Origin: Promethearchaeota archaeon
GTDB taxonomy: Archaea; Asgardarchaeota; Lokiarchaeia; Sigyniarchaeales; SOKP01
Length of the DNA stretch: 35,767 nucleotides
Reading direction: 5' to 3'
Assembly (NCBI GenBank): GCA_019058365.1
Contig: JAHPZE010000036.1
Location: 1 to 35,767 of the forward strand
Both the position numbers and the translations under genes were made by a program. This document shows, in pieces, positions 17,449 to 27,132 of the stretch. How positions within the stretch are numbered: position 1 is the first letter of the stretch; every line of letters begins with the position of its first letter. The notes beneath the pieces are model-generated. The model saw only the letters and a list, made by a program, of their open reading frames with translations, made no database searches and was not told the origin of the DNA.

Positions 17449-18033
17449 ATGGCATTCAACCAAGAAGAAAAGCCCGCTTACATTTTCAAGCTTGTTTTAA
17501 TAGGGTCAGGTGGTGTAGGAAAGACTTGTATTGCTCGTAGATTATGTTTTGATACTTTTGATGCAAATACTCAAATGACAATTGGAATTGATTTTTATAC
17601 ATATAACATCCCTATTATAGTAAACGCTGAGGAGACTTATGTTAGACATACTATATGGGATTTTGGTGGACAGGAACAATTCAAACGGCTATTTAATTAT
17701 TATATTGATGGAGCGAATGGTATTTTTTTAGTGTTTGATTTATTAAACATGGAAACCTTAACTCGGTTGGCATGGTGGTATGATCAGGTAAGAGCACACA
17801 ACCTTCATGATCATCCGAAAATCCTAATTGGAACTAAACTTGATTTGATTCAAGAGAATAATAAGAAAAAAAAGGTTGATGAATTAATAATTGAACAGTT
17901 CCTTAAAACACATGATGAACAAGATTATTATGAAACGTCTTCAAAGGAAAATATAAATATCCTCCATTGTTTTAAAGAAATGACTAAAAAAATCCTAGAT
18001 TCTCATAAATTAGATTATGAAAAAATCGTATAA
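17449..18033 (+). CDS. Small Rab/Roc-like GTPase, tandem paralog of upstream gene
   Basis: GSGGVGKT, TIGIDF, WDFGGQ, GTKLD, ETSS. Confidence 0.93.
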   Translation: MAFNQEEKPAYIFKLVLIGSGGVGKTCIARRLCFDTFDANTQMTIGIDFYTYNIPIIVNAEETYVRHTIWDFGGQEQFKRLFNYYIDGANGIFLVFDLLNMETLTRLAWWYDQVRAHNLHDHPKILIGTKLDLIQENNKKKKVDELIIEQFLKTHDEQDYYETSSKENINILHCFKEMTKKILDSHKLDYEKIV

Positions 18034-18077
18034 ATCTCATTGTTTTATAACTTAATTCTTTAATATTGAATTCTGTA

Positions 18078-18638
18078 TTATTCGGTAATTAAGTATTCTT
18101 CTGGGATTTTTTGTCCATACCCTGCCTTTTTAAATTTTTGACCATTTTTAACATAAAGATTAGAACTAAATTCATTTAAATTCTTATTAGGGTATGTTTT
18201 TTTTTTAATTGCTGGTATCCCCGCATATAAACTAAAATCTTCTGTTTTATCTCGTAAAACTGAACCTCCCGCCAAAACAGAACCAGTTCCAAGTCTACCC
18301 CCCTCTAAAACAGAGGCATGTATTCCGACTAATGAATAATCTTCGATAGTGCAAGGTCCATGACACATACATGAATGTCCTAACCTTACATTATTGCCAA
18401 CTTTACAAATTTCATTTGGTCTGGAATGGAGTACTGAATTATCTTGAATACTTGTGTTTTCGCCCACAATAATTTTACCCCAATCTCCACGAAGTTTCGC
18501 ACCAAACCATATATTTGTATAAGCACCTATTTCCACATCTCCAATTATTACAACGTCCGTAGCAATGAAAGCCGTAGGATGGATTTTGGGGATTGTACCA
18601 TTGAAAGGACTTTCAATTATCATTATTTGACCACTCAA
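18078..18638 (-). CDS. Gamma-carbonic anhydrase family protein (YrdA/PaaY/CaiE-like)
   Basis: Hexapeptide repeats, IWFGAKLRGD, IQDNSVLH and GHSCMCHG (three His ligands). Confidence 0.92.
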   Translation of the reverse strand: MSGQIMIIESPFNGTIPKIHPTAFIATDVVIIGDVEIGAYTNIWFGAKLRGDWGKIIVGENTSIQDNSVLHSRPNEICKVGNNVRLGHSCMCHGPCTIEDYSLVGIHASVLEGGRLGTGSVLAGGSVLRDKTEDFSLYAGIPAIKKKTYPNKNLNEFSSNLYVKNGQKFKKAGYGQKIPEEYLITE

Positions 18639-18887
18639 AATAAGAACATCTAAAATATATTATGTATATCAGATAAAGCTTATGATGATAACAATATCTG
18701 GTTCAAAATTTCTATAAGAAATTATTCCTCATTTTTTTTTCAAATATGTATGTGTGACGATATCACGTTCATTCATTAAAAAAGATTTTATTAATTAGAT
18801 AAAAATAATAATAGTTTCATAGGCTTTTTTCTTCACTAGGTATAACTTTATAATATTCAAATTATTAGTAAAATAGGTGTAATTCAA

Positions 18888-19502
18888 CTGGCTAGAATAT
18901 CAAATTTCTTAACTCAACTAAAAAACGCCAAGAGATTAATTCGAATGACGATAGTAGGAGATGGAGCAGTAGGAAAAACAACATTAGTACAAGCTATGCT
19001 TCAAAAAACAACGGAATATAATCATAATCATTCTGGTCATAAGGTGGTGGAAGATAAAAAAGTTACACGCACTCCATTTATGGAGATTGAATCATGGACC
19101 TATAAAGATTTAGTTTTTCAATGTTATGATTTAGCTGGACAAAGAACTCCTGGTATGCATCCATTAGATTTATTGCAGAGCTCGGTTTTATCATATATCG
19201 ATATTTATGTCTTTGTTTTTTCAATAGATAGATATGAATCCTTTGAAAATCTTAATAATTGGCTTCGATTAATGAAACTAGATTCTAGATTCAAACATAA
19301 TAACATTGGATTTATTCTAGTAGGAAATAAAGTTGATTTAGAAAGATGTGTTTCAAAAGAATTGGTCCATACATTAGTTGGCAAGGATAAATTCTTTAAT
19401 TCTTATGTAGAAACAAGTTCTATTGAACCCTTTGTGGGTATTAATACAATGTTGGAAGAAATTGTAGGTTTGGGTAGAAGCCTCCTTAATTTGAGTGATT
19501 AG
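18888..19502 (+). CDS. Small GTPase with probable N-terminal amphipathic helix
   Basis: GDGAVGKT, DLAGQ, GNKVD, ETSS. The frame is open upstream of ATG 18945, and CTG 18888 lies 8 nt after AGGTG, giving (M)ARISNFLTQLKNAKRLIRMTIVG. Confidence 0.8.
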   Translation: MARISNFLTQLKNAKRLIRMTIVGDGAVGKTTLVQAMLQKTTEYNHNHSGHKVVEDKKVTRTPFMEIESWTYKDLVFQCYDLAGQRTPGMHPLDLLQSSVLSYIDIYVFVFSIDRYESFENLNNWLRLMKLDSRFKHNNIGFILVGNKVDLERCVSKELVHTLVGKDKFFNSYVETSSIEPFVGINTMLEEIVGLGRSLLNLSD

Positions 19503-19565
19503 GGCGATATATAGAGTGATAAAAGACTCTCATCTTCTAATAAAAAGAAAGGATGAGGTGTTAAA

Positions 19566-21785
19566 ATGACCGAGATTAATTGTAAAATTTGTAATAAACG
19601 AATTAATTTTGATCCTCAAAATCCTAATACTTTTATTCATAAATCTGAATCAGGAAACTTAATGATTGGGAGACTCTACACAATCAGATTAAGTCACCAA
19701 ACAGATTCAGGATCATCACATATTAATGTAGTTGTTATCGATGAAAATGGAGAATATCGAGCTCATAAAGATTATTATGAAGAAAAAGTAAGTGTTAAAG
19801 GAGCGCCCGATATTTGGAATAAACTTCAGCGTTTTATTCCATTAGAACTTCGGTTATACTTATCTCTAGCCAATGATGAAGAGAAAACTATTCTTTCTTC
19901 TCTATCAGAACCATTCAACAAAACACCAAAAGAATGGTATGAATCTTTAAATGAATTAAAACATAATAATCCTAATAATCAATTGGTTACCTTTTTAGCT
20001 GCAAAATGGGGTTTTATAATAGGAAAAGGTAAAGAACTTCTAAGTTATAAATATGAACCAAGCTCTTGGAGTTATCCAATATATTTACGCTTACAAGCAA
20101 GGTTTGCACCCTCACAAGAATTAATCTTGATTGCTAAAAGAATAGATTTTAAATCTTTTCCATTAATTATCCAATTAGAAGCAGCAATTGCAAAAGCCGA
20201 AGTTTTTCTTCGATTAAGTTCATATGATCTTTTAGAACAATTATATGATAATTGCCAAAAAGAATGGGGTGACCAGACTTCTATTGAAGTGAAAACAGGA
20301 TTAATGCTTTTGCAAGGATATTATGGGTTTAGATTATTTTTTCTAGGTAAAATAAATGAAGCAATAGAAGTAATAGAACCAGTTTTTAATTTTGGACAAT
20401 TATTGGGCAATAGAGAAATAATAAGCGTTGTAGGAAATTTTTATGCTGCTGTTAATCAATCCAGTGGCGATTTAGAAAAAGCACTAAAAATCTTCGAAAT
20501 TGTATTAAAAGTTAGTGAAAATATAGGTGATGAAAGAACTCACGCAGTTATTTCTTCGAACATGTCTGTTATTGAATCCAAACAAGGATTATATGATCAA
20601 GCTCTAAAACGCCAACGAGCGATATTAGAATTGCCAATTGTCAATGAGGAGTTTTTTATAAGAATTTCCTTAATGAGTATTATTGCTGAAACGCTTTTTA
20701 TATCTGAACGGTATGATCAATCAGAAAAAACATGCAAGAATCTTCTTTTAGAAGAAAATATACCTACTTATTATAGACTCGACATTTTATCTACTCTAAA
20801 AAGAATTGCTGGTAAAACAGATTCTCATGAATTGATAGATTTTGTAAGAAATAACCTACCAGACGATCCAGACTTTTTAGCTTCACCGGTAGGTAATATT
20901 TTTATGCACGATCTGCAAGCAATAGAAGGAGAATTACGTAGTAACTGGTCAGAATTGATTGAAAATCTGAAAGAGGAAAGAGAAATTATGTTTAAAAACC
21001 AATCTATAGAAAACGCGAGCGATATTGAAATTAGGCTTGCTGAAGGTTATTTTAAATATTTTCAAGAGACTGAAAACCTTGAATACTTGAATCATGCCTA
21101 CAACCATTTAGATTTGGCAAAAACGATTGCTATTGAAAATCAAAGTTATTTAGATCTCTGTAGATTGGTTCTACTTAAAGGATTATTGGCAGCAGAAAGT
21201 AATTTACCAGCACAAGCGAAAATATATTTTGAAGAGGCACTAAGAACCGCACAGGAATATAATTTATCAGGTTTAGAAAAAGAGATAAATGAAAATCTAG
21301 AAATGCTAAATTCGGGTATTATTGAAAGATCAGCTGATTCTGTATTGCGCAGAATGTTTCAACGGTTAACATTCAGAAAATCTGAAGACAAAAGATCAAA
21401 AAAGAAAAGTGTTATTTATTCTCTGTTTATAGGAACACAAGATTCTGCTTGGGAAATAATACTAAAAAATGAAAAGAGTGGGTCTCTTAATGATACTATT
21501 TATCTCGTAGGAATTCATGATCTGTGGAATAACATACGGAAAATTATGATACAACAACAAGTTAATTATTTCACAGTTCGAAGAGGTGCTGTGTTAATCG
21601 AAAATTCGCCTCATTTTCAATTATGTGCTTTATGTGATCAATTGGATTATCTTACTAGATTAACAATTCAAAATCTCTTACCAGAATTAGAAGAGTTCTC
21701 TTTTAGGCATATTCCAGAAGAATTAGAAGATAAAATACTGAAAATGCTTAATAAAAATCTTGGTAAGTTTTCAAAAGTAGAATAA
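19566..21785 (+). CDS. Large protein: N-terminal CxxC/His Zn-binding-like domain, TPR solenoid, C-terminal longin/roadblock-like domain
   Basis: CKIC..SH..SHINVVVIDENG. TPR patterns (GKINEAIE, GDLEKALKIFE, GLYDQAL, AKIYFEEAL). Last ~120 aa show a beta-beta-alpha-beta-beta-beta-alpha pattern. GAGGTG SD. Confidence 0.65.
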   Translation: MTEINCKICNKRINFDPQNPNTFIHKSESGNLMIGRLYTIRLSHQTDSGSSHINVVVIDENGEYRAHKDYYEEKVSVKGAPDIWNKLQRFIPLELRLYLSLANDEEKTILSSLSEPFNKTPKEWYESLNELKHNNPNNQLVTFLAAKWGFIIGKGKELLSYKYEPSSWSYPIYLRLQARFAPSQELILIAKRIDFKSFPLIIQLEAAIAKAEVFLRLSSYDLLEQLYDNCQKEWGDQTSIEVKTGLMLLQGYYGFRLFFLGKINEAIEVIEPVFNFGQLLGNREIISVVGNFYAAVNQSSGDLEKALKIFEIVLKVSENIGDERTHAVISSNMSVIESKQGLYDQALKRQRAILELPIVNEEFFIRISLMSIIAETLFISERYDQSEKTCKNLLLEENIPTYYRLDILSTLKRIAGKTDSHELIDFVRNNLPDDPDFLASPVGNIFMHDLQAIEGELRSNWSELIENLKEEREIMFKNQSIENASDIEIRLAEGYFKYFQETENLEYLNHAYNHLDLAKTIAIENQSYLDLCRLVLLKGLLAAESNLPAQAKIYFEEALRTAQEYNLSGLEKEINENLEMLNSGIIERSADSVLRRMFQRLTFRKSEDKRSKKKSVIYSLFIGTQDSAWEIILKNEKSGSLNDTIYLVGIHDLWNNIRKIMIQQQVNYFTVRRGAVLIENSPHFQLCALCDQLDYLTRLTIQNLLPELEEFSFRHIPEELEDKILKMLNKNLGKFSKVE

Positions 21786-21997
21786 ATCTAATTTTATATT
21801 CTCTTTTTTTAATTTTAGATATGTCTTTAGAAGATTTTAGCTCTATAATTTTTATAGGAGAAGAGTAGTAAAAAAATTTCTTTACAAATTTGAGAATCCA
21901 GAATAATAGATTAATAAAAACATGTACTTTTAGAAAATAACTGAAAAATTTTTCTTTCATTATTTTAATTAATAAAGTAAAGCAAAATATTCTTATT

Positions 21998-22948
21998 ATG
22001 GACATTTTCACTCATTCTGTTTTTGGAGCTCTACTGTACATACTCTTTTTAAAGGACGTGACCTTTGATTATATCATTTTAGCAATTTTTTTCTCATTTT
22101 TACCAGATTTAGACATTTTTTTATACCCATTGAAAAGAATTTTTAAATCGAATTATCTTGAACATCGAGGAGGGTCCCATTCATATATATTAGGTATAAT
22201 CATTTCAGCCATTTTAAGCATTCCTTTCTCTATTTTTAGAAATAAATCGTTTTTTATAGCGTGGATAATTGGATCAGCGTTTTATGGATTACATATATCA
22301 ATGGATCTTCTTACTACTACGAAAATCCCATATTTATATCCGATTTCTAAAAAGGAATATAGCTTTTACGTCGAAAAGGCAGGGAGCTCTTTTACTTTCC
22401 TAACTTCATTGATCTTTCTTATTATACTTCTCGTAATGTACTATAATTCCGCATCACTTTCCCTTTTTATGAGTGTTATTATCTTTTATACCTATTTCTA
22501 TCTATTCTATTATTTATATCGAATTATTGCAAAAGTTTGGATAAATCTGCATCTTAAGGATAACCAGAAATACTTTCCAGGCGTTTTACCATTTTATTAT
22601 ACAATCTTTGAATACGATATTATTCATGATGGAGTATCATTATGCATTGAAAAAAAGTCACATTTTTTAACGTCTAAAGTGATATATAAAAACCATTCTG
22701 TTCTAGATTCAAATGAAATGGTCCTTTTCAAAAAGGCGATTGAATTATGCAATGAGCATTATTATTATGCAAAATGGACCGTTTTACCCATATTTTTTAG
22801 GGAGAATGGGGTATTTTCTGTGAGATTTTTCTTTTTAGAGACGATGGTACGTGGAAGGACTCATTATATTCAATTTAATTTTGATACAGATACTCAGCAA
22901 TATATTGATTCTAATCAGGGTTATGGGTCAATTTATGTTTATAATTAG
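21998..22948 (+). CDS. Membrane-bound metal-dependent hydrolase (YdjM-like)
   Basis: MDIFTH, LPDLD, HRGGSHS and HISMDLLT motifs with TM helices. Confidence 0.88.
   Translation: MDIFTHSVFGALLYILFLKDVTFDYIILAIFFSFLPDLDIFLYPLKRIFKSNYLEHRGGSHSYILGIIISAILSIPFSIFRNKSFFIAWIIGSAFYGLHISMDLLTTTKIPYLYPISKKEYSFYVEKAGSSFTFLTSLIFLIILLVMYYNSASLSLFMSVIIFYTYFYLFYYLYRIIAKVWINLHLKDNQKYFPGVLPFYYTIFEYDIIHDGVSLCIEKKSHFLTSKVIYKNHSVLDSNEMVLFKKAIELCNEHYYYAKWTVLPIFFRENGVFSVRFFFLETMVRGRTHYIQFNFDTDTQQYIDSNQGYGSIYVYN
22778..22927 (+). repeat. Direct repeat copy 1 (3' end of hydrolase gene)
   Basis: 150 bp; 15 mismatches counted by hand against 24084-24233. Confidence 0.92.
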
Positions 22949-23905
22949 AAAAGGATTTAATAAAATAGAAATAACAATAAGTAATAATCCATAAAAAACT
23001 AATAGAAAAAGAATCTCTTTTCTGTTCTCCGGTAAATCTTTTTTAAATACCAGCCTCATTGGCATAGTAAATACGGTTTTCACTGTTTTAGGCAATGGAA
23101 ATAAAAACGATACTTTTTTTTGATACTCAGCATACTTTTCTGGAAATTTCTTACTCATTAAGGTTTCCTCATATAATGCAACTCCAATGATTATTAATGC
23201 TGATAGAAACCAGATATAGGTATATTCAAAAATTTTAGCACCATGGATTGTGGCTCTTAAGGGAATCAATGTTAAAAGATATATACCATAACTCCAGATA
23301 AGATACCCTAGATATTGAGGATGACGGGAACATTTGTAGATCGAAAAATCAAATATTTCTTTTTCTTTAAGAAATCCCTGAATCCAGGTAATTACTCCAA
23401 AGCAAAATATCATAAGTCCAATAAAAATAATCACGTAGCAAGAATAAGTTATAAATGCTTCTGCATCCAAAGAAAATGATGCTAAATAATCAATTATCAT
23501 ATAAGGTAATTTAATAATAGATCCCCAAGATAATATATTATATTCACAAGCATCTAATGGTAATACAATAACTTGTAATGCTTGAATACCTAAAACCCAA
23601 AACATCCCACCAAAAAAATGAGCAAATGTAGGCAGAAATAAAATAAAAGAACCAATAGATGATATTGCTAACTTCTTTATTATAAAACCTAATATAATTA
23701 CTATTAAAATAATACAAAGACAAATTAGACCAACGACTTGAAGATAAGAAATTGGAGCACTAAAGGAAGGATACCCTGGAAATATTGCTTTTAATAGTTC
23801 ATGTAATATATTGCTGAGCTCAAGAGTCAAATAAAATAAAATAATCGTAAACAAAATTCCTAATGAAATTATTATTATATTTTGTAATACTTTAGAAGTT
23901 TGCAA
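22928..23905 (-). CDS. Isoprenylcysteine carboxyl methyltransferase/PEMT/DUF1295-like membrane protein
   Basis: IYKCSRHPQYLG, EETLM..F..Y.EYQKKV.FLFP; multiple TM helices. Confidence 0.8.
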   Translation of the reverse strand: MQTSKVLQNIIIISLGILFTIILFYLTLELSNILHELLKAIFPGYPSFSAPISYLQVVGLICLCIILIVIILGFIIKKLAISSIGSFILFLPTFAHFFGGMFWVLGIQALQVIVLPLDACEYNILSWGSIIKLPYMIIDYLASFSLDAEAFITYSCYVIIFIGLMIFCFGVITWIQGFLKEKEIFDFSIYKCSRHPQYLGYLIWSYGIYLLTLIPLRATIHGAKIFEYTYIWFLSALIIIGVALYEETLMSKKFPEKYAEYQKKVSFLFPLPKTVKTVFTMPMRLVFKKDLPENRKEILFLLVFYGLLLIVISILLNPFLIININ

Positions 23906-24080
23906 GAGTAATAATCTAATTATTTATTCAAAATTATTTAATACAATTTTAATTAAACAAGACAACAATTTTAAAATAATCATACTTTTTTAAGTCATAT
24001 TCATTTTCCTTAATTTAACAATTATCGTATGTAAATTATATGTTTAAATATAATAAAGAGGAATTATAGGGTATTAGTTA

Positions 24081-24248
24081 ATGACTGTTTTGCCAATATT
24101 TTTTAGAGAAAATGAACTATTTTCTGTGAGATTTTTCTTTTTAGAGACGATGGTACATGGGAGGACTCATTATATTCAATTTAATTTCGATACCTATACT
24201 CAACAATATATTGATTCTAATCAGGGGTATGGGCACATTACATCTTAG
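24081..24248 (+). pseudogene. Orphaned duplicate 3' end of the hydrolase gene (repeat copy 2, 24084-24233)
   Basis: ATG..TAG frame MTVLPIFFRENELFSVRFFFLETMVHGRTHYIQFNFDTYTQQYIDSNQGYGHITS is nearly identical to the C-terminus of 21998-22948. Confidence 0.8.
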
Positions 24249-24698
24249 AATCTCAATTTTAGAAGAGTAAGCCAATCTATAAGTATTTTATAAGTTTGAG
24301 AAAAAAAACTAATTTTTTAATATAAGTATTAAAAATTTGTGTCTAAAATAATATAAATTTTCATATTTAATCCAAAATTACATTATATTGAAAATTGATA
24401 ATCAAAATCCAATTTGGGAGTTATAAAATTATCTCCATTGATTCAATGGTAAGGAAAACAACATTGACAACAATTTTAATAAGGAAATACGCAAATTATA
24501 TTCTATTTTATATCTATATATTCTAACACATCCATTTTCTCTAGAGTCTAGAATGAATTTAATGTTTCTTTGAAACCTTATAATTTTAATACCTAATCTT
24601 TATATAATCAGAATTTTTTTTTAAAAATAAAAGTTAACATAGGATTACTATTTATGAACTCGTAAAGATAAACAGAAATTAATAAAGAGGTATAAAAT

Positions 24699-24890
24699 AT
24701 GGCATTGTTCTGGAATTTAAAATTAAGGTTCATATTAGGGGGATGTATTGTATCAATTATAGGTGTTATATTGCTCTTTATACACCCTGCTTTACAAGTC
24801 ATTTCTTATGCACTAATAATCGTAGGAGTAATTGCATTAGTGATTGGGTTAATTTGGAAATCTAAACCTAAAGTGAAACCAGAGAAATAG
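24699..24890 (+). CDS. Small two-TM membrane protein
   Basis: 63 aa, two hydrophobic helices, basic tail, GAGGT SD, upstream of the ABC genes. Confidence 0.7.
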   Translation: MALFWNLKLRFILGGCIVSIIGVILLFIHPALQVISYALIIVGVIALVIGLIWKSKPKVKPEK

Positions 24891-24963
24891 TGTATAAACT
24901 GAAAAAACTTATAATAATTTAACTTGATAAAACTATAATAAAAATCGAAAACGAGGTAAATTA

Positions 24964-25884
24964 ATGATCACGATTAAAAATTTAACTAAAAATTACGGAA
25001 ATTTAACAGCTGTTGACGATCTATCCTTGCAAATCGAAGAAGGAGAAGTATTTGGCTTGCTTGGACCTAATGGCGCGGGCAAAACAACCACAATACGGAT
25101 GCTTTGTTGTCTTATATCAAAAACGAGTGGTACTGCGATATTGAATGACTTATCCATTGATAATAAAAAGGATTGTCTTGAGATTCGTAAAATGATCGGA
25201 TTATTACCGGAAAATGTAGGTCTTTATGAAAGTATGACCGCTTATAAAAATCTGGATTTCTATGCAAAACTATATCAATGTCCTGAAAATAAACGAAAAG
25301 AACGAATTGAATATTATTTAAAAATGTTGGATTTATGGGGGAAAAAAGATGTGGTCGTAGGCACATTTTCCAAAGGAATGAAACAAAAATTAGCCATTGC
25401 TCGGACATTGGTTCATGAACCAAAAATCTTGTTTATGGATGAACCGACAGCAAATTTGGATCCGGAAGCGACTAAAATGGTGAGAGATTTTATCCTTGAA
25501 TTGAAAAAAGAAAAACGCACAATCTTTTTGAACACCCATATGCTTGACGAGGCAGAACGAATCTGTGATCGTGTGGGAATTTTGAATACCCATCTAATAG
25601 CCATTGGATCCCCCGATGAATTAGGCCGGTCCTTGTGGGGAAAGAAATCTGTTGTTATAGTGGATACTGTTACGGATATTATCCTCAAAGGAATAAAATC
25701 TCTTGGATTTGAAAAAATTGTGGTTGACAATAATAAAATGACCATTGACGTTAATGATCCCCACCACGATAATCCTTCCATCATCCGCGCAATACAAGAT
25801 GCTGGTGGACAAATTCAGTCTATCTCAGAGCTTGTTCCAAGCTTAGAAGATGTTTATTTGAAAGAGATTCGGAGGAATGAGTGA
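24964..25884 (+). CDS. ABC-2 type exporter ATP-binding protein
   Basis: GPNGAGKTT, FSKGMKQK, MDEPT, SLEDVYL. Confidence 0.95.
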   Translation: MITIKNLTKNYGNLTAVDDLSLQIEEGEVFGLLGPNGAGKTTTIRMLCCLISKTSGTAILNDLSIDNKKDCLEIRKMIGLLPENVGLYESMTAYKNLDFYAKLYQCPENKRKERIEYYLKMLDLWGKKDVVVGTFSKGMKQKLAIARTLVHEPKILFMDEPTANLDPEATKMVRDFILELKKEKRTIFLNTHMLDEAERICDRVGILNTHLIAIGSPDELGRSLWGKKSVVIVDTVTDIILKGIKSLGFEKIVVDNNKMTIDVNDPHHDNPSIIRAIQDAGGQIQSISELVPSLEDVYLKEIRRNE

Positions 25885-26623
25885 ATTGAATACTAAAAAT
25901 GTTTGGACGATAACTACAAAAGATATTGGTCTTTTTATCAAAAAAAAATGGATCCTTTATTCGGCGCTTATTCTGCCGTTAGCTCTCTCAATTGGATTAC
26001 CCGTAATAAGTTGGTATGTTGTGAATAACAGAGATGTGCCAGATGTATCGGTCCTTTTTCCAATTTTTAATGCATTTTCCTTCTTCTTCATGATCCTTGG
26101 CGCGATAATTCCAACTGTTATCGCAGCTTACAGTTTCGTGGGGGAAAAAACTGAGAAAACTCTTGAGCCCTTATTAGCAACTCCAACCACTGATGATGAA
26201 ATCTTGCTCGGCAAGAGTTTAGCCGCATTCTTACCCGTAATTATCATGATATTTATCGGTGCTGTTATATTCACGGTTCTCATGGATATTTTTACTTTAC
26301 CGAAAGTTGGTTATTTATACTTCCCAAATTGGAACTTCGTGATTATTATTCTTTTGGACACTCCACTAGCATGCGTTATGAGTATAGAATTCAGTGTCAT
26401 AATTTCCTCTCGCATGAACGATGTTCGATCCGCCCAACAATTAGCAGGCGTCATATTTATTCCATTCCTTGCACTATATTTACTTACCGAAATTAGTATA
26501 ATTACACTCGATAATGACACATTGCTTTTGATAGCAGGAATCATTGCTTTAATTGACATAGTTTTCTTTTTTATCAGTCGAGCTACATTTCAACGCGAAG
26601 AAATTTTAACGAAATGGAAGTAA
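25877..26623 (+). CDS. ABC-2 type permease
   Basis: SFVGEKTEKTLEPLLATP..EILLGK motif, 6 TM helices, overlaps the ATPase stop. Confidence 0.92.
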   Translation: MSELNTKNVWTITTKDIGLFIKKKWILYSALILPLALSIGLPVISWYVVNNRDVPDVSVLFPIFNAFSFFFMILGAIIPTVIAAYSFVGEKTEKTLEPLLATPTTDDEILLGKSLAAFLPVIIMIFIGAVIFTVLMDIFTLPKVGYLYFPNWNFVIIILLDTPLACVMSIEFSVIISSRMNDVRSAQQLAGVIFIPFLALYLLTEISIITLDNDTLLLIAGIIALIDIVFFFISRATFQREEILTKWK

Positions 26624-27132
26624 AAGCATTATTTTTCATTTTTGCTATATGTTTAGGAAGATGTTCTAAAGAGTAAAATTTTATACATCTATTACCATTG
26701 TAATTTATTTCTGAAGGATCGAAGATCTTAAAATATATTAAAATTGATTCCCATTAAGTAGGAAAAATCCTTTTTTCAATAATTTTCATTATAATCAGAC
26801 TCAGAATTTATCTTTCTGTCAATCTGGGTAACCTATCGCAAGGAAAATCTAACAAAATTAGAAAGGGTATTCAAAAATCTTAAGAGAAGTTTTTTCTTTC
26901 TATAGAAAGAGTATTATAAATCATCCAGATTTCTAAATTATTTTTTTATTAACTCTAGGGTTAAGTATAATTCAATATTTCAAATTATTATTCTAATCAA
27001 AAAATATAACCATTAAAAAAAAATTTATATCATTTTTTCCTATAAATATTAAAAATTTAAACTCTTATACCTTTTTTATAATAGAAGAAACTTATTTTTA
27101 AATAGGAATATCAGATTTAAAGAGCGAATAGA

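Noticed and set aside
1677-23905. Eukaryote-like CAAX processing pathway (CPBP protease + ICMT-like + LCM methyltransferase) acting on the GTPases
   Set aside because: None of the three GTPases ends in a Cys motif, the genes are scattered, and these families are widespread in prokaryotes.
22778-24233. Repeat pair as a diversity-generating retroelement VR/TR
   Set aside because: Only 7 of 15 mismatches have A in the putative template, most changes are synonymous, and there is no reverse transcriptase in the window.
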